Positions 63,600-64,000 of a DNA stretch of 64,000 nucleotides are shown in pieces. Position 1 is the first letter of the stretch; every line of letters begins with the position of its first letter. The notes below the pieces were generated by a model. That model saw only the letters and a program-made list of their open reading frames with translations, ran no database searches and was not told the origin of the DNA. The translations under genes and the position numbers were made by a program. Source of the DNA: Catajapyx aquilonaris (lineage: Eukaryota); NCBI GenBank assembly GCA_000934665.2, contig JYFJ02001216.1, positions 1 to 64,000 on the forward strand. Reading direction: 5' to 3'.

Positions 63600-64000
63600 C
63601 TGCCTTACACAACTTGCTGTCTGATACAACCTTCACCTTGCCCTGCTTAATTCCAGTTACCAATTTAGAAGTAAATGCTAAAATTTTTCCGATTTTATGC
63701 GAAACAGTTTATACACATTGTGAAGAATTTGTGTATAGTGTCAATAAAATCATACCCAGAGTAAGTGTATTATTTTGTCCGGATTTATTAATACGCCAGG
63801 TAAGCAACATACAGCAACTCTTATAAACTTTCAGATTAAGTTCAAAGAATTGTTGTCCATCATGCGCAACAACAACTAGGATCAACAATAATTGGTTTTA
63901 GGACATCTCGTAATCCCGTTCTAAGGGACTTTAGATATTAACCTTCAAAATGTTTTTAGCACCCATTATTTAAAACCTTTACTTAAAGGTTGCCGGTACG

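Overview
Eukaryotic genomic DNA from a compact invertebrate genome, probably an arthropod: it has short GT-AG introns (mostly 55-120 nt), AATAAA signals and an intronless ionotropic receptor. The ORF track splits the genes, so I spliced them by hand. Nearly the whole window is a same-strand cluster of about 20 signal-peptide genes in three families. Family A (1.3-30 kb; 9 intact genes plus 1 pseudogene) encodes ~430-aa proteins I do not recognise, with a small N-terminal two-Cys domain and ~330 aa of alternating beta-strand sequence. Family B (25-40 kb) encodes small 4-Cys helical modules, including a three-module polyprotein with a furin site. Family C (37-63.6 kb) encodes Cys-rich helical proteins resembling arthropod DUF19/T20D4.11-like secreted proteins, with one or two domains and, in some, mucin stalks and GPI-like tails. 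The family B module matches the C-terminal half of family C in Cys spacing and intron phases. The locus also shows a segmental duplication, gene-conversion tracts, exon-biased divergence, pseudogenes, several MITEs and a non-LTR fragment. One antisense ionotropic receptor gene sits inside the array. Gene models are manual predictions with no transcript evidence, and all functions are inferred.
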